A stretch of 64,000 bases of DNA from a bacterium (GTDB lineage: Bacteria; 4484-113; JAGGVC01), in NCBI GenBank assembly GCA_039961635.1, contig JABRWB010000008.1:30158-94157 (forward strand). The letters run 5' to 3'. This document shows positions 1 through 10,823 of the stretch, piece after piece (the first letter of the stretch is position 1; every line of letters starts with the position of its first letter). Below the pieces are notes generated by a model. That model was given only the letters and a program-made list of their open reading frames with translations, was not told the DNA's origin and searched no databases. The position numbers were made by a program, and so were the translations under genes.

Positions 1-277
1 GCGAAATACGCGAGCCATTTGGCGGTCGCGCGCGGGTCCGCAAGGTCGGCGCGGGAAAGAACGAAGCATTCCCGGCCGGCGAGCTTGTCGTCCAGCCACA
101 GGCACGCGGAAGGCGCGCGCGCGTCAAGCACGTACGCCGCGAGGTCTATGTATCTGGCGATTTCGGGCGGGAAAACTTCCTTACGGCTCGGACGCTGGGT
201 CACGGGGAAAGTATAGCAATGAGCGAGGTAGTGAGTAGTGAATAGTGAACAGGGAAAAATGAAATAAGCTGTGCCAA
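1..277 (-). CDS. Ribosome biogenesis GTPase RbgA/YlqF-like, N-terminal fragment. The gene runs off the left window edge; the N-terminus is near 277 and the start codon is uncertain.
   Basis: Minus-strand frame is open from position 1 to a stop at 278-280. The translation ...FPVTQRPSRKEVFPPEIARYIDLAAYVLDARAPSACLWLDDKLAGRECFVLSRADLADPRATAKWLAYF matches the N-terminal pattern of circularly permuted YlqF/RbgA GTPases (I-D-x-V-x-DAR-x-P ... NKADL-x-D ... W-x-x-YF). No in-frame ATG; TTG at 275-277 is a possible start. Confidence 0.4.
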
Positions 278-308
278 TCAAATTCGCAAGCGCAAAAATT
301 GCGCGCGC

Positions 309-1202
309 TTATTTATTTGTCAATTTCCTAATCAGCGCGATTGCCGCGCGTTTCGTGCGGATTTCGCGGCGGGCGCGCGCTTCCTCGACCGCATTCTGCA
401 GCCTGCCCACTTCCGGGCCTTCGGGAATACCGAGCGCGGTCATTATTTCGTCGCCCGAAAGAAGAGGCGGGATCACCGGCGCCGGCTCGTAATATTCCGC
501 AAGCACGCGCGCCGCGATTTTGAAATGCGCGTCGATCTGCTCCTGCGTGACCGCTTTTCCGCGCGACGCCAGCCTGTCCGCGAGCGAGAGCAAAATTTCA
601 TGAGGAACAAGCGATCCCAATGCGCGGATGAAACGGCGGACGAGACGCAGATCCGAACCCGCGTCGCGTTCGAGAAATCCGAGGCGCAGGTGATGACGGA
701 CGAGAAGAGCGACCGCGTCCGCCGCGGATTCAGACAATCCGAGGCGATGCGAAATCGCGCGCGCGGTTTGTGCGCCGCGCACGTCGTGGCCGTAAAACGT
801 TATCCGACCGTTTGCCTTTTTTTCGCTCGTCGCGGGTTTGTCAATATCATGCAAAAGCATCGCGAGCCGCAGGACGATGTGCGAATCCGAGCCGCCGATC
901 GGCGCGGCCAGCGATTCCCTGATGCGCGCGTAATACGGCGATACGATGTTTTCAGGAAAGGGAATCGAAGCAACCGCCGCGTCCACATTTCGCAACAGCA
1001 TTTCAAGATGCGCCATCGCTTCCAGTGTGTGTGCGAGCACGGGCTTGTGGTGGAACTCGTTCTGCACGCAATCGCGCGCCGCTTCGAGCTCCGGGATCGC
1101 TACGGTGAGTATCCCGCGCCGGTCGAGCTCCTCGAACGCGAACGGCGAGTCGGGAGAGGCGAGCGTGGAATGCAGGATTACGCGGGCATCGGATTGGCTC
1201 AT
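309..1202 (-). CDS. HD-domain protein. It resembles the C-terminal HD region of tRNA nucleotidyltransferase/poly(A) polymerase-family enzymes, but no polymerase head domain is present.
   Basis: 297-aa ORF with motifs HHKPVLAHTLE and LLHDIDKP (HD metal-binding dyad) and a C-terminal region of the kind found in CCA-adding enzymes. Starts with ATG. Confidence 0.7.
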   Translation of the reverse strand: MSQSDARVILHSTLASPDSPFAFEELDRRGILTVAIPELEAARDCVQNEFHHKPVLAHTLEAMAHLEMLLRNVDAAVASIPFPENIVSPYYARIRESLAAPIGGSDSHIVLRLAMLLHDIDKPATSEKKANGRITFYGHDVRGAQTARAISHRLGLSESAADAVALLVRHHLRLGFLERDAGSDLRLVRRFIRALGSLVPHEILLSLADRLASRGKAVTQEQIDAHFKIAARVLAEYYEPAPVIPPLLSGDEIMTALGIPEGPEVGRLQNAVEEARARREIRTKRAAIALIRKLTNK

Positions 1203-1407
1203 ATCGGGCGCGGCCTACTTTTGCATGAGCGAAACGAATTTAACGATGCCGAAAAACAGCCCGATAAACGCGGCCGCGACCGCCGCGGGGATGAAAACGT
1301 ACGCGCAAATTCGGACAAGGAACGCCACTCAAGAATTATAGCAATATTCTGGAGTATCCTCCGGGATTCCGGGATTCGCGGCGCCACGCGATGATAAAAT
1401 TCATCTC

Positions 1408-2430
1408 GTGCCCGACCTTCGCGACAGATACACCGGATGCTTCCTCGGACTAGCCGCGGGCGACGCGCTGGGCGCGCCCGTCGAGTTTTTCAGCGCGCGC
1501 CAGATCCGCGCGCGCTACGGAGCCGGCGGAATCCGCGAAATGGACACGTGGGGCGGATTCGATGCGGGCTGCTGGACGGACGACACACAGATGTCGCTTG
1601 CGACCGCGCGCGGGATACTCGCCGCGCACGAGCGCGGAATCGACCGCGGGATTTACCATCCGCCCTCTATGGTGTACGAGGAGTACAAAAATTGGCTCGC
1701 GAGCTTGGCCGATCCGGCGAACGACAGATTCCCCGGCCGCACCTGCGTAGGCGCGCTTCGCACCGGCAAAATGGGACAGGTTGACGAGCCGCTGAACGAA
1801 AGCAAGGGATGCGGCGGGGTGATGCGCGTCGCGCCCGCGGGGCTGGCTTACCCGCCGGAAGACGCGTGGCGGTACGCGGCCGCGTTCGCGGCTATCACCC
1901 ACGGACATCCGAGCGCGATCCTCCCGTCGGCGTTTTTGGCGGCGCTGATCGCGCACATCGAGGGGGGGGAGGGGCTGGAAGCGGCGATCGGCAAATGCCG
2001 CGGGATGCTTTCGGGATGCGACGGGCATGAGGAAACGAGCGCGATTGTGGAGCTGGCGGTGACGGCGGCGGGAATGCCGGGGATACCAGCCGGAGTTTCA
2101 GGCGAACCGGATTCTGTTTTCCTGTCCAATGAAATCGCCGGAATAGGAGAAGGCTGGACGGGGGAGGAAGCGCTTGCGATCGCGCTTTTCTGCGCGCTGC
2201 GGTTTCAGGACAGCTTCGAGGACGCGGTAGCCGCGGCCGCGAATCACGGCGGCGACAGCGACTCGACCGCATCCATCTGCGGCGCGATCATGGGAACGCT
2301 TCTGGGCGCGCGCGCGATTCCGGAAAGGTGGCTTGGAAAGCTCGAAAAGCGGGACGAGATAGATAAAATGGGAGACACGTTCTACCGCGTGTTCGCGCTG
2401 GGGCAAGCCGCGTTCGCTCCCGTGCCATAA
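1408..2430 (+). CDS. ADP-ribosylglycohydrolase family protein (DraG/ARH-like)
   Basis: 340 aa with a GTG start. Motifs GCFLGLAAGDALGAPVEF and CWTDDTQM near the N-terminus and GGDSDSTASICGAIMG near the C-terminus are the hallmark Mg-binding motifs of the ADP-ribosylglycohydrolase family. Confidence 0.85.
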   Translation: MPDLRDRYTGCFLGLAAGDALGAPVEFFSARQIRARYGAGGIREMDTWGGFDAGCWTDDTQMSLATARGILAAHERGIDRGIYHPPSMVYEEYKNWLASLADPANDRFPGRTCVGALRTGKMGQVDEPLNESKGCGGVMRVAPAGLAYPPEDAWRYAAAFAAITHGHPSAILPSAFLAALIAHIEGGEGLEAAIGKCRGMLSGCDGHEETSAIVELAVTAAGMPGIPAGVSGEPDSVFLSNEIAGIGEGWTGEEALAIALFCALRFQDSFEDAVAAAANHGGDSDSTASICGAIMGTLLGARAIPERWLGKLEKRDEIDKMGDTFYRVFALGQAAFAPVP

Positions 2431-2439
2431 TCCCCGTCC

Positions 2440-2787
2440 GTGGCTAAGATGTACGACGAATCCGCGATGCGCGACATCTGCGCGGCGTTCGAGGGCGCTG
2501 TCCTGCGCTGGCCGCTGGCGGACACCCGGAAGATGTTCGGCTGCCCGTGCTACCTGGCCGCCGACAAGATGTTCGCATTTCTGGTAACGGGCGGCGTCGT
2601 GCTTACCTGCACCAACCCGGAGATGCGGGAGCGGCTGGCCGCAAAGTTCGGCGCGCGGCCGTTTTCAAGCGGCGGAAAGAAAATCGGCGGATGGATGGAG
2701 TGCCCCGTCTCGGGCGAGGGCGACCTGGAAAAGTTGCTGCCTTTCGCGCTCGAAAGCTTCAACGCCGCGCTTGAGAAGGCGGGATGA
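2440..2787 (+). CDS. Small TfoX N-terminal-domain-like protein
   Basis: 115 aa. RKMFGCPCYLAADKMFAFLVTGGVVL ... FGARPF ... GGWMECP matches the TfoX_N pattern (MFGG..ylv.gkmFa.v.gd.l.lk). GTG at 2440 or ATG at 2449. Confidence 0.5.
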   Translation: MAKMYDESAMRDICAAFEGAVLRWPLADTRKMFGCPCYLAADKMFAFLVTGGVVLTCTNPEMRERLAAKFGARPFSSGGKKIGGWMECPVSGEGDLEKLLPFALESFNAALEKAG

Positions 2788-2955
2788 CAAGGTATCAGTC
2801 TGTTTATATCTTCGAGGAAAGTTATGTCCAAATTACCTACACTTATCGCTAAGTGTATGTAATTAGTTCCGGCCTGTATCAACCATTGCGCCCAGCGTGT
2901 TATTATTCCTGCTCCCGGCGGGGGAAGGACGCCGATTCTCAATGCAAGGAGTCAT

Positions 2956-3433
2956 CATGTCCGACGAAAAAACATATACAGAAAAGGAATGGCACAAGAA
3001 GACGGCGGTCGATGCGTTCAACGCGTGCTGGGATTTGATAGACAAGAAAGACCGCACGCTTCAGGAAGACCTCGAAATGATCCGCCGCGCGCACGTCTCC
3101 CGCTGGCACTGGCAGCACGTCGGCGAGCCGAAGAACTTCGCGGCGGGAGACTGGCAGTGCAGCCGGGTGTACGCGATCCTGGGACGCGGCGAGCCAGCGT
3201 TGATTTACGCCAAGGAGAGCCTGCGCGAATGCGAGGAGGGCGGCGTGACCGATTTCAACCTGCCGTTCGCGCACGAGGCATGCGCGCGCGCGTACGCGGC
3301 GCTCGGCGACAGGGCGAATTTCGAAAAGCACTACGCGGAGGCGAAGCGGCTGGGCGAAACTATCGAGGAAAAGGACGATCGGGATTATTTCTTTCAGGAT
3401 CTCGAAGCCGGAAACTGGTTCGGAATGAAGTAG
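2956..3433 (+). CDS. Hypothetical protein (159 aa)
   Basis: AAGGAG RBS followed by ATG at 2956 (MSDEKTYTEKEW...). The upstream part of track ORF 2897-3433 lacks an RBS. Ordinary amino-acid composition. Its stop codon (3431-3433) abuts the stop of the convergent kinase gene (3434-3436). Confidence 0.55.
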
Positions 3434-6400
3434 CTAAGTATCCAGCACCAGCCTGACTTTCCCCAGAAGCGTCGTTACGCTGTACGGCTTGGGCAGGAAC
3501 GCGACGTTCTGCTCCAGCACGCCGGAATGCGCGATTACATTTTGGGAATAACCTGACGTATACAACACCTTGATCGACGGACGAGCCTTAGAAATTTCGC
3601 CATACAGCTGTCGTCCGTCCATCTTGGGCAGGATCGTGTCGGTAAGCAGCAAATCAATCGGCCCGCGATGCGACTTCGCGATTTCGATCGCCGCGTCGGG
3701 ATGGCCGGCCTCGAGCACGGTGTATCCGTTCTTCTTGAGTATTTCCACCGCAAGGCTGCGGACGATATCCGAATCCTCCACCACCAAAACAGTCTCCGCT
3801 CCTTTCACCGATTTGATATCGCCCAGGCATGGCGCGAAAGCTTCCATAGATTCGTACACCCGCGGGAAGTACACCTTGAACGTCGTGCCCCGCCCCGGCT
3901 CGCTGTACACCCAGATGTGCCCCCCGTGCTGCTTGACGATGCCGTACACCGTCGCAAGCCCCAGGCCGGTACCCTTTCCCAATTCCTTCGTAGTATAGAA
4001 CGGCTCGAATATGCGGTCGATCTGCTCCTTGTCCATCCCTTTCCCCGTGTCGTGGAACGACAGCATCACGTACTCGCCTGGTGTCACTTCGGCATGGGAT
4101 TTCGCGTACTCGTCGTCCAGATGCTTCACCGCAGTTTCGACGATTATCGTTCCGTTGCCCTCGATTGCATCGCGCGAATTCGCCGCGAGATTTATAAGTA
4201 TCTGGTGAATTTGGTTCACGTCCGCTTTTATCCGCGCTCCATCGGCGCCCGGAAAGACGCGAAGCTCGATGTTTTCGCCGATCAGCCTCGACAGCATTCT
4301 TGTGCATTCGTTGACTATCACGTCGATGTCCAGCACCTTCACTTCGAGAACCTGCTTGCGTGAAAACGCCAGGAGCTGCGCAACCAGCGCGGCCGCGCGC
4401 TCGCCCGCGCGTTTGATCTCCTCCAGGTCCTGATAAAGCTGGTTATCCGGTGCAAGCTCCGAAAGAGCGAGGTCGGCGTATCCCATTATCGGAGTGAGCA
4501 GGTTGTTGAAATCGTGGGCGATGCCGCCCGCAAGCAGCCCTACGGATTCCAGTTTTTGCGACTGCCGAAGCTGCTCGGAAAGCTTCGCCTTTTCATCCTC
4601 CGCCCGCTTGCGCTCCGAAACGTCGGCAAGGATTACGGCGTAGTGCCCCGGCTCCGGACGGTAAATCGTGAAGTCGAACCACTTGCCCAGCGCTTCCGAA
4701 TATTCCTCGAACCGGTCGGATTCGCCGGTTTGCGCAACCTTTCCGCATCGCTCGATCCAGCCGGGGAGCGACTTTGGAAATACTTCGGTGAACCGCCTGC
4801 CGACGACATCCTCGCGGCGCAACCCGGTGAGTGTTTCGAACGCGCGGTTGACGTCCACGAATTCGGAATCCACCGGCCGGCCGTTTTCATCGGCGATGAT
4901 TTTATGAAGCGCGAAGCCGTCCGTCATCGATTCGAACAGCTTTGCAAAACGCTCCTCTGCAATCGCCTTTTCCGCGTGGGCGCGAAGCGAGTGTATGCCG
5001 TACGTCAAATCCTTGCCCAGTTCGCTCAAGAGCGCGACCTCCTCGTCGTCGAAGGCGTCCGGCTCGGCCGCGTAGATATTGAGCGCGCCGATTACACAGC
5101 CCCCCCATTCGAGCGGAATCGCGATGGAGGATTTGTACCCGCGCGAGAGCGCGAGTTCTCTCCACGGCGAATAGTCCGGACTCTCTTCGATTCGCGCGAT
5201 CTGAGTCCGCCCGGTGCGGATTGCTGTGCCCGTCGGGCCGCGGCCGTACTCGTCGTCCGCCCACGAAATCCGCGCCTTAGAAAGATAGCCCTCCTCGACG
5301 CCGCTCCAAGCTACCGGCTGGACGGTTTTATTCGCGTCGTCGCGCTTCAGCCCCACCCAAGCGAGCCTGTAACCCCCTTCCTCCACTATTATCCTGCAAA
5401 ATTCCCGCTTGAGCGACAACGAGTCGGTTTCGTGGACCAGCTGCTGGTTGCAAAGCGAGAGGACGCGGTACGCGCGCAAAAGCCTTTCCTTCGCCTGCTC
5501 GGCCCGCTTTTTGTCGGTGATGTCGACGAAATTAAAAGCTATATGCCCGGGCATAGGAGTGAAAACCAGCAGGTGGTACCAGCGGTCGAGCGGCGGCCAG
5601 TAGTTCTCGACGTACTTCGGCTCGCCGGTTATCGCAACATCGGCGAAAACGTCGAACCAGTTCGCGGGCGCGTCGGGATATATTTCCGTAACCCGCCTTC
5701 CCACGGCCTTTTCGCGCGGCAATCCCAATATCCGCTCGAACGCGGGATTCACATCAATAATCTGCGTGTCGTAGGGCTTGCCGTTCTCGTCGTAAAGTAC
5801 TTCGTGAAGCTGAAATCCGCTTACGCTCGTTTCGAAAAGCATCCGATAGCGGAAGTCCGCTTCCTCGCGCTCTTTGCGTATGCGAAGCATGTTTATTCCG
5901 TAGGCGAGATCGCCGGCAAGTTCCTTCAGAAGCGCGATCTCTGAATCGTCGAACGCGTCCGGCTCGCCGGCACCGATTGACAACGAACCGATCAAGTTGC
6001 CGTTCGATTTGAGCGGAAGAGCAGTCAAGGCGCGCAGCCCAAACTCCTCGATGATATCGCGCCAAGGCGCGATTCGCGTGTCGTTCGGCAAATCGTGCGA
6101 AATAAACGGCTTCCCGGTTTTAATCGCAGTCGCCGATGGACCTTCGCCCTTGGGACCTTCCCCCCAGGTGAGATCCAGAGATTCGACGAATTTGGCGGGC
6201 AGTCCCGCGTGTGCGACGATGCGAATCGTTTTGTTTTCGTCGTACTCGCGCAGGCCGACCATTGCCAGCTTGTATCCTCCAAATTCGACTATTACGTCGC
6301 AGAACGCCTGTTTGAGCGCCACGGGATCGCTCTCCCGCACGAGCCGCTGGTTGCATTCCGACAACACGCGGTACGCGCGCATAAGCCTCTTTTCAGCAGC

Positions 6401-7399
6401 CAGCGCTCTTTCGCGCTCGGTCACGTCCGCGAATACCACAGTGAATAGGCCGGGACCCTGGCTGAACGCGGACACCTCGTACCAGCGCTTCAGCTGGCTG
6501 GAGTAATTGACGAAGCTGATCGGCTCTCCGGTCAATGCAACCTTTCCGTATTTTTGGATCCACTCGTTTTCGATGCCGGGGATTACTTCTTTTACCGTTT
6601 TCCCTACAGCCCATTCGGGGCTGACCCCGGTCAAAGTTTCGAATGCGGGATTCAAATAGAGAAATCTGTAGTCGCATGGTTCGCCGTCGTCATCCAGAAT
6701 TATCTCGTGAATGCCGATTCCGAATATGCTTTGCTCCATCATTAGGCGTTTCTGCCGTTCGCTTTCGACGAGCCCCTGGAAGGCGGCCTCCCGTTCGCGC
6801 ACGACGCCGAACATGTGAACGGCTTCGGCGATTTCGCCGGCGAGGTCGCGCACGAGCCCGATTTCCTCGTCTCCGCCAGCGTTCGGATCGTTGGTTCGCA
6901 GCGTCAGAAGCCCGCGGATTGAATCGCCGTATTCGACCGTCGCCCTGATCGTAATCGCGCCGCCTTTTCCGCGCGCCACCGAAACGTCCCGCCCGGACGC
7001 AATGCCCGGCCATTCCGGCGCGCCCGCGGCGTCTGTGCCGGATTCCATTTGCCCCGCGGCTTCGGCGAAATCCTCCGTTTCGGGGGCGGGCGCGCCTTCG
7101 GGGGCGCTTGCCCGGCCCAACAGCTCGCCCCGCCCGTCAAGCAGCCAGACCGACGCCGATTCGAAAATCCCGCCGGACGTGATCGCATCGCAGGCTCGGC
7201 GCAGGAATTCCGCCATCGGACAGCCCGACTCGGAAATTCTGTGGACGGCGCGGTTGATCCGCAGTATGGCGTTAGCGCGCAGCCCGCGCGCGACGGCGGC
7301 CGCGTGGACATCCGCGTCGGACTCCAGGCCGGAAAGCCTGTTTCTGATCGCCTGAAGCTCCTGCTTGAGCCTGCCTTCGCTCTCCCCAGTGCCGCTCAA
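3434..7399 (-). CDS. Hybrid sensor histidine kinase/response regulator with a triplicated PAS-GAF sensory module
   Basis: 1321 aa. Three repeats of the PAS-like block (..[11 protein letters not shown] / [11 protein letters not shown] / [10 protein letters not shown]) alternate with GAF-like blocks, and there is an internal duplication ([21 protein letters not shown] vs [21 protein letters not shown]). H-box [17 protein letters not shown]. HATPase G-boxes DTGKGMD and [38 protein letters not shown]-terminal receiver [11 protein letters not shown]...[14 protein letters not shown]...KPY. Confidence 0.9.
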   Translation of the reverse strand: MSGTGESEGRLKQELQAIRNRLSGLESDADVHAAAVARGLRANAILRINRAVHRISESGCPMAEFLRRACDAITSGGIFESASVWLLDGRGELLGRASAPEGAPAPETEDFAEAAGQMESGTDAAGAPEWPGIASGRDVSVARGKGGAITIRATVEYGDSIRGLLTLRTNDPNAGGDEEIGLVRDLAGEIAEAVHMFGVVREREAAFQGLVESERQKRLMMEQSIFGIGIHEIILDDDGEPCDYRFLYLNPAFETLTGVSPEWAVGKTVKEVIPGIENEWIQKYGKVALTGEPISFVNYSSQLKRWYEVSAFSQGPGLFTVVFADVTERERALAAEKRLMRAYRVLSECNQRLVRESDPVALKQAFCDVIVEFGGYKLAMVGLREYDENKTIRIVAHAGLPAKFVESLDLTWGEGPKGEGPSATAIKTGKPFISHDLPNDTRIAPWRDIIEEFGLRALTALPLKSNGNLIGSLSIGAGEPDAFDDSEIALLKELAGDLAYGINMLRIRKEREEADFRYRMLFETSVSGFQLHEVLYDENGKPYDTQIIDVNPAFERILGLPREKAVGRRVTEIYPDAPANWFDVFADVAITGEPKYVENYWPPLDRWYHLLVFTPMPGHIAFNFVDITDKKRAEQAKERLLRAYRVLSLCNQQLVHETDSLSLKREFCRIIVEEGGYRLAWVGLKRDDANKTVQPVAWSGVEEGYLSKARISWADDEYGRGPTGTAIRTGRTQIARIEESPDYSPWRELALSRGYKSSIAIPLEWGGCVIGALNIYAAEPDAFDDEEVALLSELGKDLTYGIHSLRAHAEKAIAEERFAKLFESMTDGFALHKIIADENGRPVDSEFVDVNRAFETLTGLRREDVVGRRFTEVFPKSLPGWIERCGKVAQTGESDRFEEYSEALGKWFDFTIYRPEPGHYAVILADVSERKRAEDEKAKLSEQLRQSQKLESVGLLAGGIAHDFNNLLTPIMGYADLALSELAPDNQLYQDLEEIKRAGERAAALVAQLLAFSRKQVLEVKVLDIDVIVNECTRMLSRLIGENIELRVFPGADGARIKADVNQIHQILINLAANSRDAIEGNGTIIVETAVKHLDDEYAKSHAEVTPGEYVMLSFHDTGKGMDKEQIDRIFEPFYTTKELGKGTGLGLATVYGIVKQHGGHIWVYSEPGRGTTFKVYFPRVYESMEAFAPCLGDIKSVKGAETVLVVEDSDIVRSLAVEILKKNGYTVLEAGHPDAAIEIAKSHRGPIDLLLTDTILPKMDGRQLYGEISKARPSIKVLYTSGYSQNVIAHSGVLEQNVAFLPKPYSVTTLLGKVRLVLDT

Positions 7400-7613
7400 A
7401 TTTGCACCCCGTATATGGAATGGGCAACACCCGAAATCCCGCTTGGCGCGGGAACAAAACCAAATCCAACTTGTATCGACAACGCCTGGGGACTGGCATC
7501 CAGCAAGTCCGAAGGCGTTTTGGCAAACGCCGAAATTATAATGCCGGCCTGTGAAGGGTCTCGCGTCGATTATACCCAGCGTTGGGCATGGTAAGCAACA
7601 AATCAGTAACGCG

Positions 7614-10600
7614 CTACCCGTTTTCGAGAATGAATTTCACGTACGGCTCGGACTCTTTCAGCCGCATCGCGCCCAGCTTTTTCACAAGCGGCTCCAGCGC
7701 GTCACGGACTTCCGAATTCAGGCCGTACTCGGACTTCCAGCGCATCGCCAGCCGCGCCGCGTCCGCGCGCACGCCCCAGTCCGTATCGTCAAGGAGCAGC
7801 GAGACCGTGTAAATCATCGCTTCGTCGGGCTGCGCATCGATACGCGCGAACGCGGCCAAGAGCGAGCGCACGGCGCGCAAGGAAAGCGGCGGCAGGTCTT
7901 CGGGCGCGCGCGCGGAGCGGGCGATGTCAACAAGATCCTTTTTCATCTGCGCGCCGAAGAAATCGTAATTGGCGACGAGGAGGTTGACCGCCGCCTCCCG
8001 GACGGTCAGCTTCGGATAATCGAGGAGCGCGCGGAGCTGCGGCCAGCAGTCGGTTTTGAGCTGCACCAGCGCGGTTATCGCGGCGCGGATCATCGCCTCG
8101 TCCCGGTCGAGCGCGGCCATCGCGAAAAGCCGCTCGTCGCCGGCGTGGCTGCCCAGCGTGCCGAGGACGCCGGCCGCGCGCCGGACGAAGGCCGGGTCGG
8201 GATCGTCGAGATATTTCACAACCTCGTCCGCCAACTCGGTCAGCTTGAGGTCGTTTATTACGACAAGCGAGATGAGCTTGCGCTTTTCATTGGTTGATTG
8301 CGCGTTGCGGCGGATGACTTCGAGCACGCCCGCCCTGTCCGTCTCCAAAATCCTGCCCAGCACGTCGTCGAACGCGCGGATGGCAAGCCCCGACGCGTCG
8401 TTGTCCATCACCTTCTCGATATACGGCAGCACCGAGCTTCCGAACTCGATCAGCCGCTTGCGCGCCTCGGGAACGATGTAGCGGTTATCGCCCACCTCCC
8501 ACCGGATTGATATTTCCCATAGCTCGTCGAAAACTTCCTGCGTGATTTCGCCCTTGTAATTGCACACTTCGGGGATCGGCGCCTGGCCGGAGACCACGTT
8601 AGGGCCGCTCTGCGGCTCCGCATCCTTAGCGGGGGGGGGAGCAATATCAATGCCTGTGCCGAAGCTCGTGTTCGACCACGCGCCGTCGTCTTTCATCTTG
8701 CCGAGGTAATCGTCGGCGCCGCCGAGATCCACGAACACCCCGATGCTGGCCGTGCCGCGGTCCGGGCGCCCGCCGTTCATGTATCCGTCGCGCCTTCCGG
8801 CGTATATATCGTTTCCGCTCCTGTCGAAAAACAGCCCGACGCTGTTCGTGAGCCCGGTTCCGTTGCATGAGGTCAGGCCCATATAGTGGTCATCCCCGCC
8901 GCGATCCATCAGCACGCTCGCCGCAAAGTCGTGGCTTCCGCCCTGTCCCAGCCCGCTGTGCATTACGTAGGTGTCATGCCCCCCCCCGTCGATCAATCCG
9001 CCTATCGCCAGGTGGATGCCGCTGCCCTGACCGTACTGCGTCATTTCGTACACATCGTTGCCCGCGCCGTCCCACAGGAATCCCGCGCTGTACCAGTAGC
9101 CGACTCCTTGGTTGTATATGTCGCCGAGATACCGGTCGTTTCCCGCGTAATCAATGAGCATCGCGATACCGCCCGCGTAGTCTATGTCGCGCTCGCCGAT
9201 CGCGAATCCCTGGCTGAAGGATTGATAGCGATCCGCGAAGAGCGGCGCGTGCAGGTACACACCCCCGGCATGGTAAACCTCGTTTCCGCGCGTGTTCACA
9301 CAGAGCGCGACGGCCTTCGTGCGCGCGAACGCCTGCGCGTTCGTCCAGGCGAAGTAATAATCGTTGTCGAAGTCCGCGATCGCGACCGGATCCGGCGTCT
9401 CGACGTCCGTCGGGATGTCCGGCGCGGGCTCGACCGAATCGTCCACCATGATTCCGATTCCGAATCCCGCCGCGCCCTGGGTGTACACCTTGCTTTCGTA
9501 CGTATCGCTTCCGCCGTCGTCGTAGAACGTCGCGACCCCCCCCACCGCGGCGCCGAGCGTGCAGCTTCCCGCCACGTAGCGGTCGTTCCCTCCTCCGAGA
9601 TCGTAGAACGCGGCTATTCCAAGCACCGCCGCGCCGAGCGTGATGTTCGTTTCTCCGCAGTCGTAGAAGTCGTTTCCGCCGAGATCGGCGAAGAAGCCGA
9701 TCTGCCCCATTCCGATGCCGGTTTCGGGCGCGCCGTACGCAGCTCCGATGATGCAGTTTACGTAATGGTCGTTTCCGCCGGGATCTATCAGCGCCGCGAA
9801 ATTGCCGGTGTACGTGTCGTCTCCGGCGGTTCCGATTGCGATCCGTCCCGCTTTCGTTTCGTAAATCGCGGGCGCGGCTTTCGGAAACGCGTCCGCGGGA
9901 ATCAGCTCAAGCCAGTCCTGCGGGTATCCGAAAACGTACTCGTGGTTTATCGCGAACATTACGATGTCGATTTTCGACGCGAGCTTGTAAAGGTAATCCG
10001 CGGGCCTGTCCTCGAGCGCCGCGTCCCAGTCCTTGCCCTTCGCCGCGTCGAACGGCGACTTGAACACGTCGTGCCATGCCATCTGGTAGGGCAGCTTGTA
10101 CCGAAGCAGGTCGAACTCCGCGCCTTCCACGCCGTAAGTCATCGGGTAAGCGGCGAACGCCTCCAGAAGCGCCGCGAGGTCGTCAGTCGTTTCAATTTTG
10201 CGGACGCCGTTTATAAACTCCATCGGCAGGTTCCTGCCAGTCGGGCTGGGGGGAACCATCGGCTGCGAGCGCATATCTTCAAGCGCCTTCACGGCCTGAG
10301 CCATTTCCGAATACGGATGCGGACGCTTGCCGGGCTTGCTCCAGTCGGCGAATCCGTCCATCACGGGAGCTATGAGAAGCGGGTCGTCCATCAACCGCAG
10401 GACGACGGGCAGGCACTCGTACCCCTTCGTGTAGTCCTTCTTGAACCGCAGGTCTTCGCGGTTCATGTTGACTGCCGCGAGCGCCCGGTCGAGCGCGGCA
10501 AGCTCCTCCGGCGTGTAGCTTGGCGGAAAATACCCCAAGGCGGACGCGGCGTCGGGCGACTGAGCGGACGGCGTTGCTTGGCCGGAATCCTGCGCGGCGG

Positions 10601-10823
10601 CGGGAAGCGGGAAAAGCGCGGCGGCGGGAAGCGGGAAAAGCGCGGCGGCAACCAGAAAGACAACCGAAGCGAATGCAAAACGGCGGCGGATCATCGGAGC
10701 ACCTCCGGAAATGGCAAATGGTGTTTCACCGTGGAGGATTATACGCCGGGCGGCGACTGGCTTGGAGATACGATTGCAGCTTGGGATTTTGCCACGGATC
10801 TGGTCGCTACTCCTCCCCCGCAA
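7614..10823 (-). CDS. Large secreted repeat protein: signal peptide, central array of about 22-aa GGNDxY/GGDDHY/GGADDY repeats (beta-helix-like), C-terminal HEAT/armadillo-like repeats
   Basis: 1069-aa ORF. Probable real start at MIRRRFAFASVVFLVAAALFPLP (signal peptide). At least 12 Gly/Asp-rich repeats containing G-(G)-N/D/S-D-x-Y. C-terminal 300 aa are alpha-helical with HEAT-like repeats (LLDDTDWGVRADAARLA, LDDPDPAFVRRAAGVLG). The stop overlaps the start of the upstream gene by 17 nt. Confidence 0.7.
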   Translation of the reverse strand: MRGRSSDQIRGKIPSCNRISKPVAARRIILHGETPFAISGGAPMIRRRFAFASVVFLVAAALFPLPAAALFPLPAAAQDSGQATPSAQSPDAASALGYFPPSYTPEELAALDRALAAVNMNREDLRFKKDYTKGYECLPVVLRLMDDPLLIAPVMDGFADWSKPGKRPHPYSEMAQAVKALEDMRSQPMVPPSPTGRNLPMEFINGVRKIETTDDLAALLEAFAAYPMTYGVEGAEFDLLRYKLPYQMAWHDVFKSPFDAAKGKDWDAALEDRPADYLYKLASKIDIVMFAINHEYVFGYPQDWLELIPADAFPKAAPAIYETKAGRIAIGTAGDDTYTGNFAALIDPGGNDHYVNCIIGAAYGAPETGIGMGQIGFFADLGGNDFYDCGETNITLGAAVLGIAAFYDLGGGNDRYVAGSCTLGAAVGGVATFYDDGGSDTYESKVYTQGAAGFGIGIMVDDSVEPAPDIPTDVETPDPVAIADFDNDYYFAWTNAQAFARTKAVALCVNTRGNEVYHAGGVYLHAPLFADRYQSFSQGFAIGERDIDYAGGIAMLIDYAGNDRYLGDIYNQGVGYWYSAGFLWDGAGNDVYEMTQYGQGSGIHLAIGGLIDGGGHDTYVMHSGLGQGGSHDFAASVLMDRGGDDHYMGLTSCNGTGLTNSVGLFFDRSGNDIYAGRRDGYMNGGRPDRGTASIGVFVDLGGADDYLGKMKDDGAWSNTSFGTGIDIAPPPAKDAEPQSGPNVVSGQAPIPEVCNYKGEITQEVFDELWEISIRWEVGDNRYIVPEARKRLIEFGSSVLPYIEKVMDNDASGLAIRAFDDVLGRILETDRAGVLEVIRRNAQSTNEKRKLISLVVINDLKLTELADEVVKYLDDPDPAFVRRAAGVLGTLGSHAGDERLFAMAALDRDEAMIRAAITALVQLKTDCWPQLRALLDYPKLTVREAAVNLLVANYDFFGAQMKKDLVDIARSARAPEDLPPLSLRAVRSLLAAFARIDAQPDEAMIYTVSLLLDDTDWGVRADAARLAMRWKSEYGLNSEVRDALEPLVKKLGAMRLKESEPYVKFILENG
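10597..10644. repeat. Perfect 24-bp tandem duplication (2 copies) inside the signal-peptide region of CDS 7614-10823
   Basis: gcggcgggaagcgggaaaagcgcg occurs twice in tandem. It encodes AALFPLPA AALFPLPA on the minus strand. Confidence 0.8.

Noticed and set aside
232-308. Possible terminator hairpin GCGCAA-aaa-TTGCGC between the HD gene and the RbgA-like fragment
   Set aside because: The stem is short with a weak U-tract, and the two genes are co-directional and probably co-transcribed. Too weak to call.
525-1394. 289-aa + strand ORF
   Set aside because: It lies antisense to the well-supported HD-domain gene. It is Arg-rich with no RBS, a typical high-GC shadow ORF.
4514-5944. 476-aa + strand ORF (similar ones at 8886-11003, 13297-14586, 15047-16069, 18185-19645, 22705-23793, 34117-35481, 41253-42422, 47200-48159, 53278-54333, 55020-55874, 59928-60755, 61985-62953, 62958-63671)
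   Set aside because: All are antisense to, or out of frame within, genes that have clear family motifs. They are Arg/Gly/Pro-rich and lack start contexts. They are high-GC open-frame artefacts.
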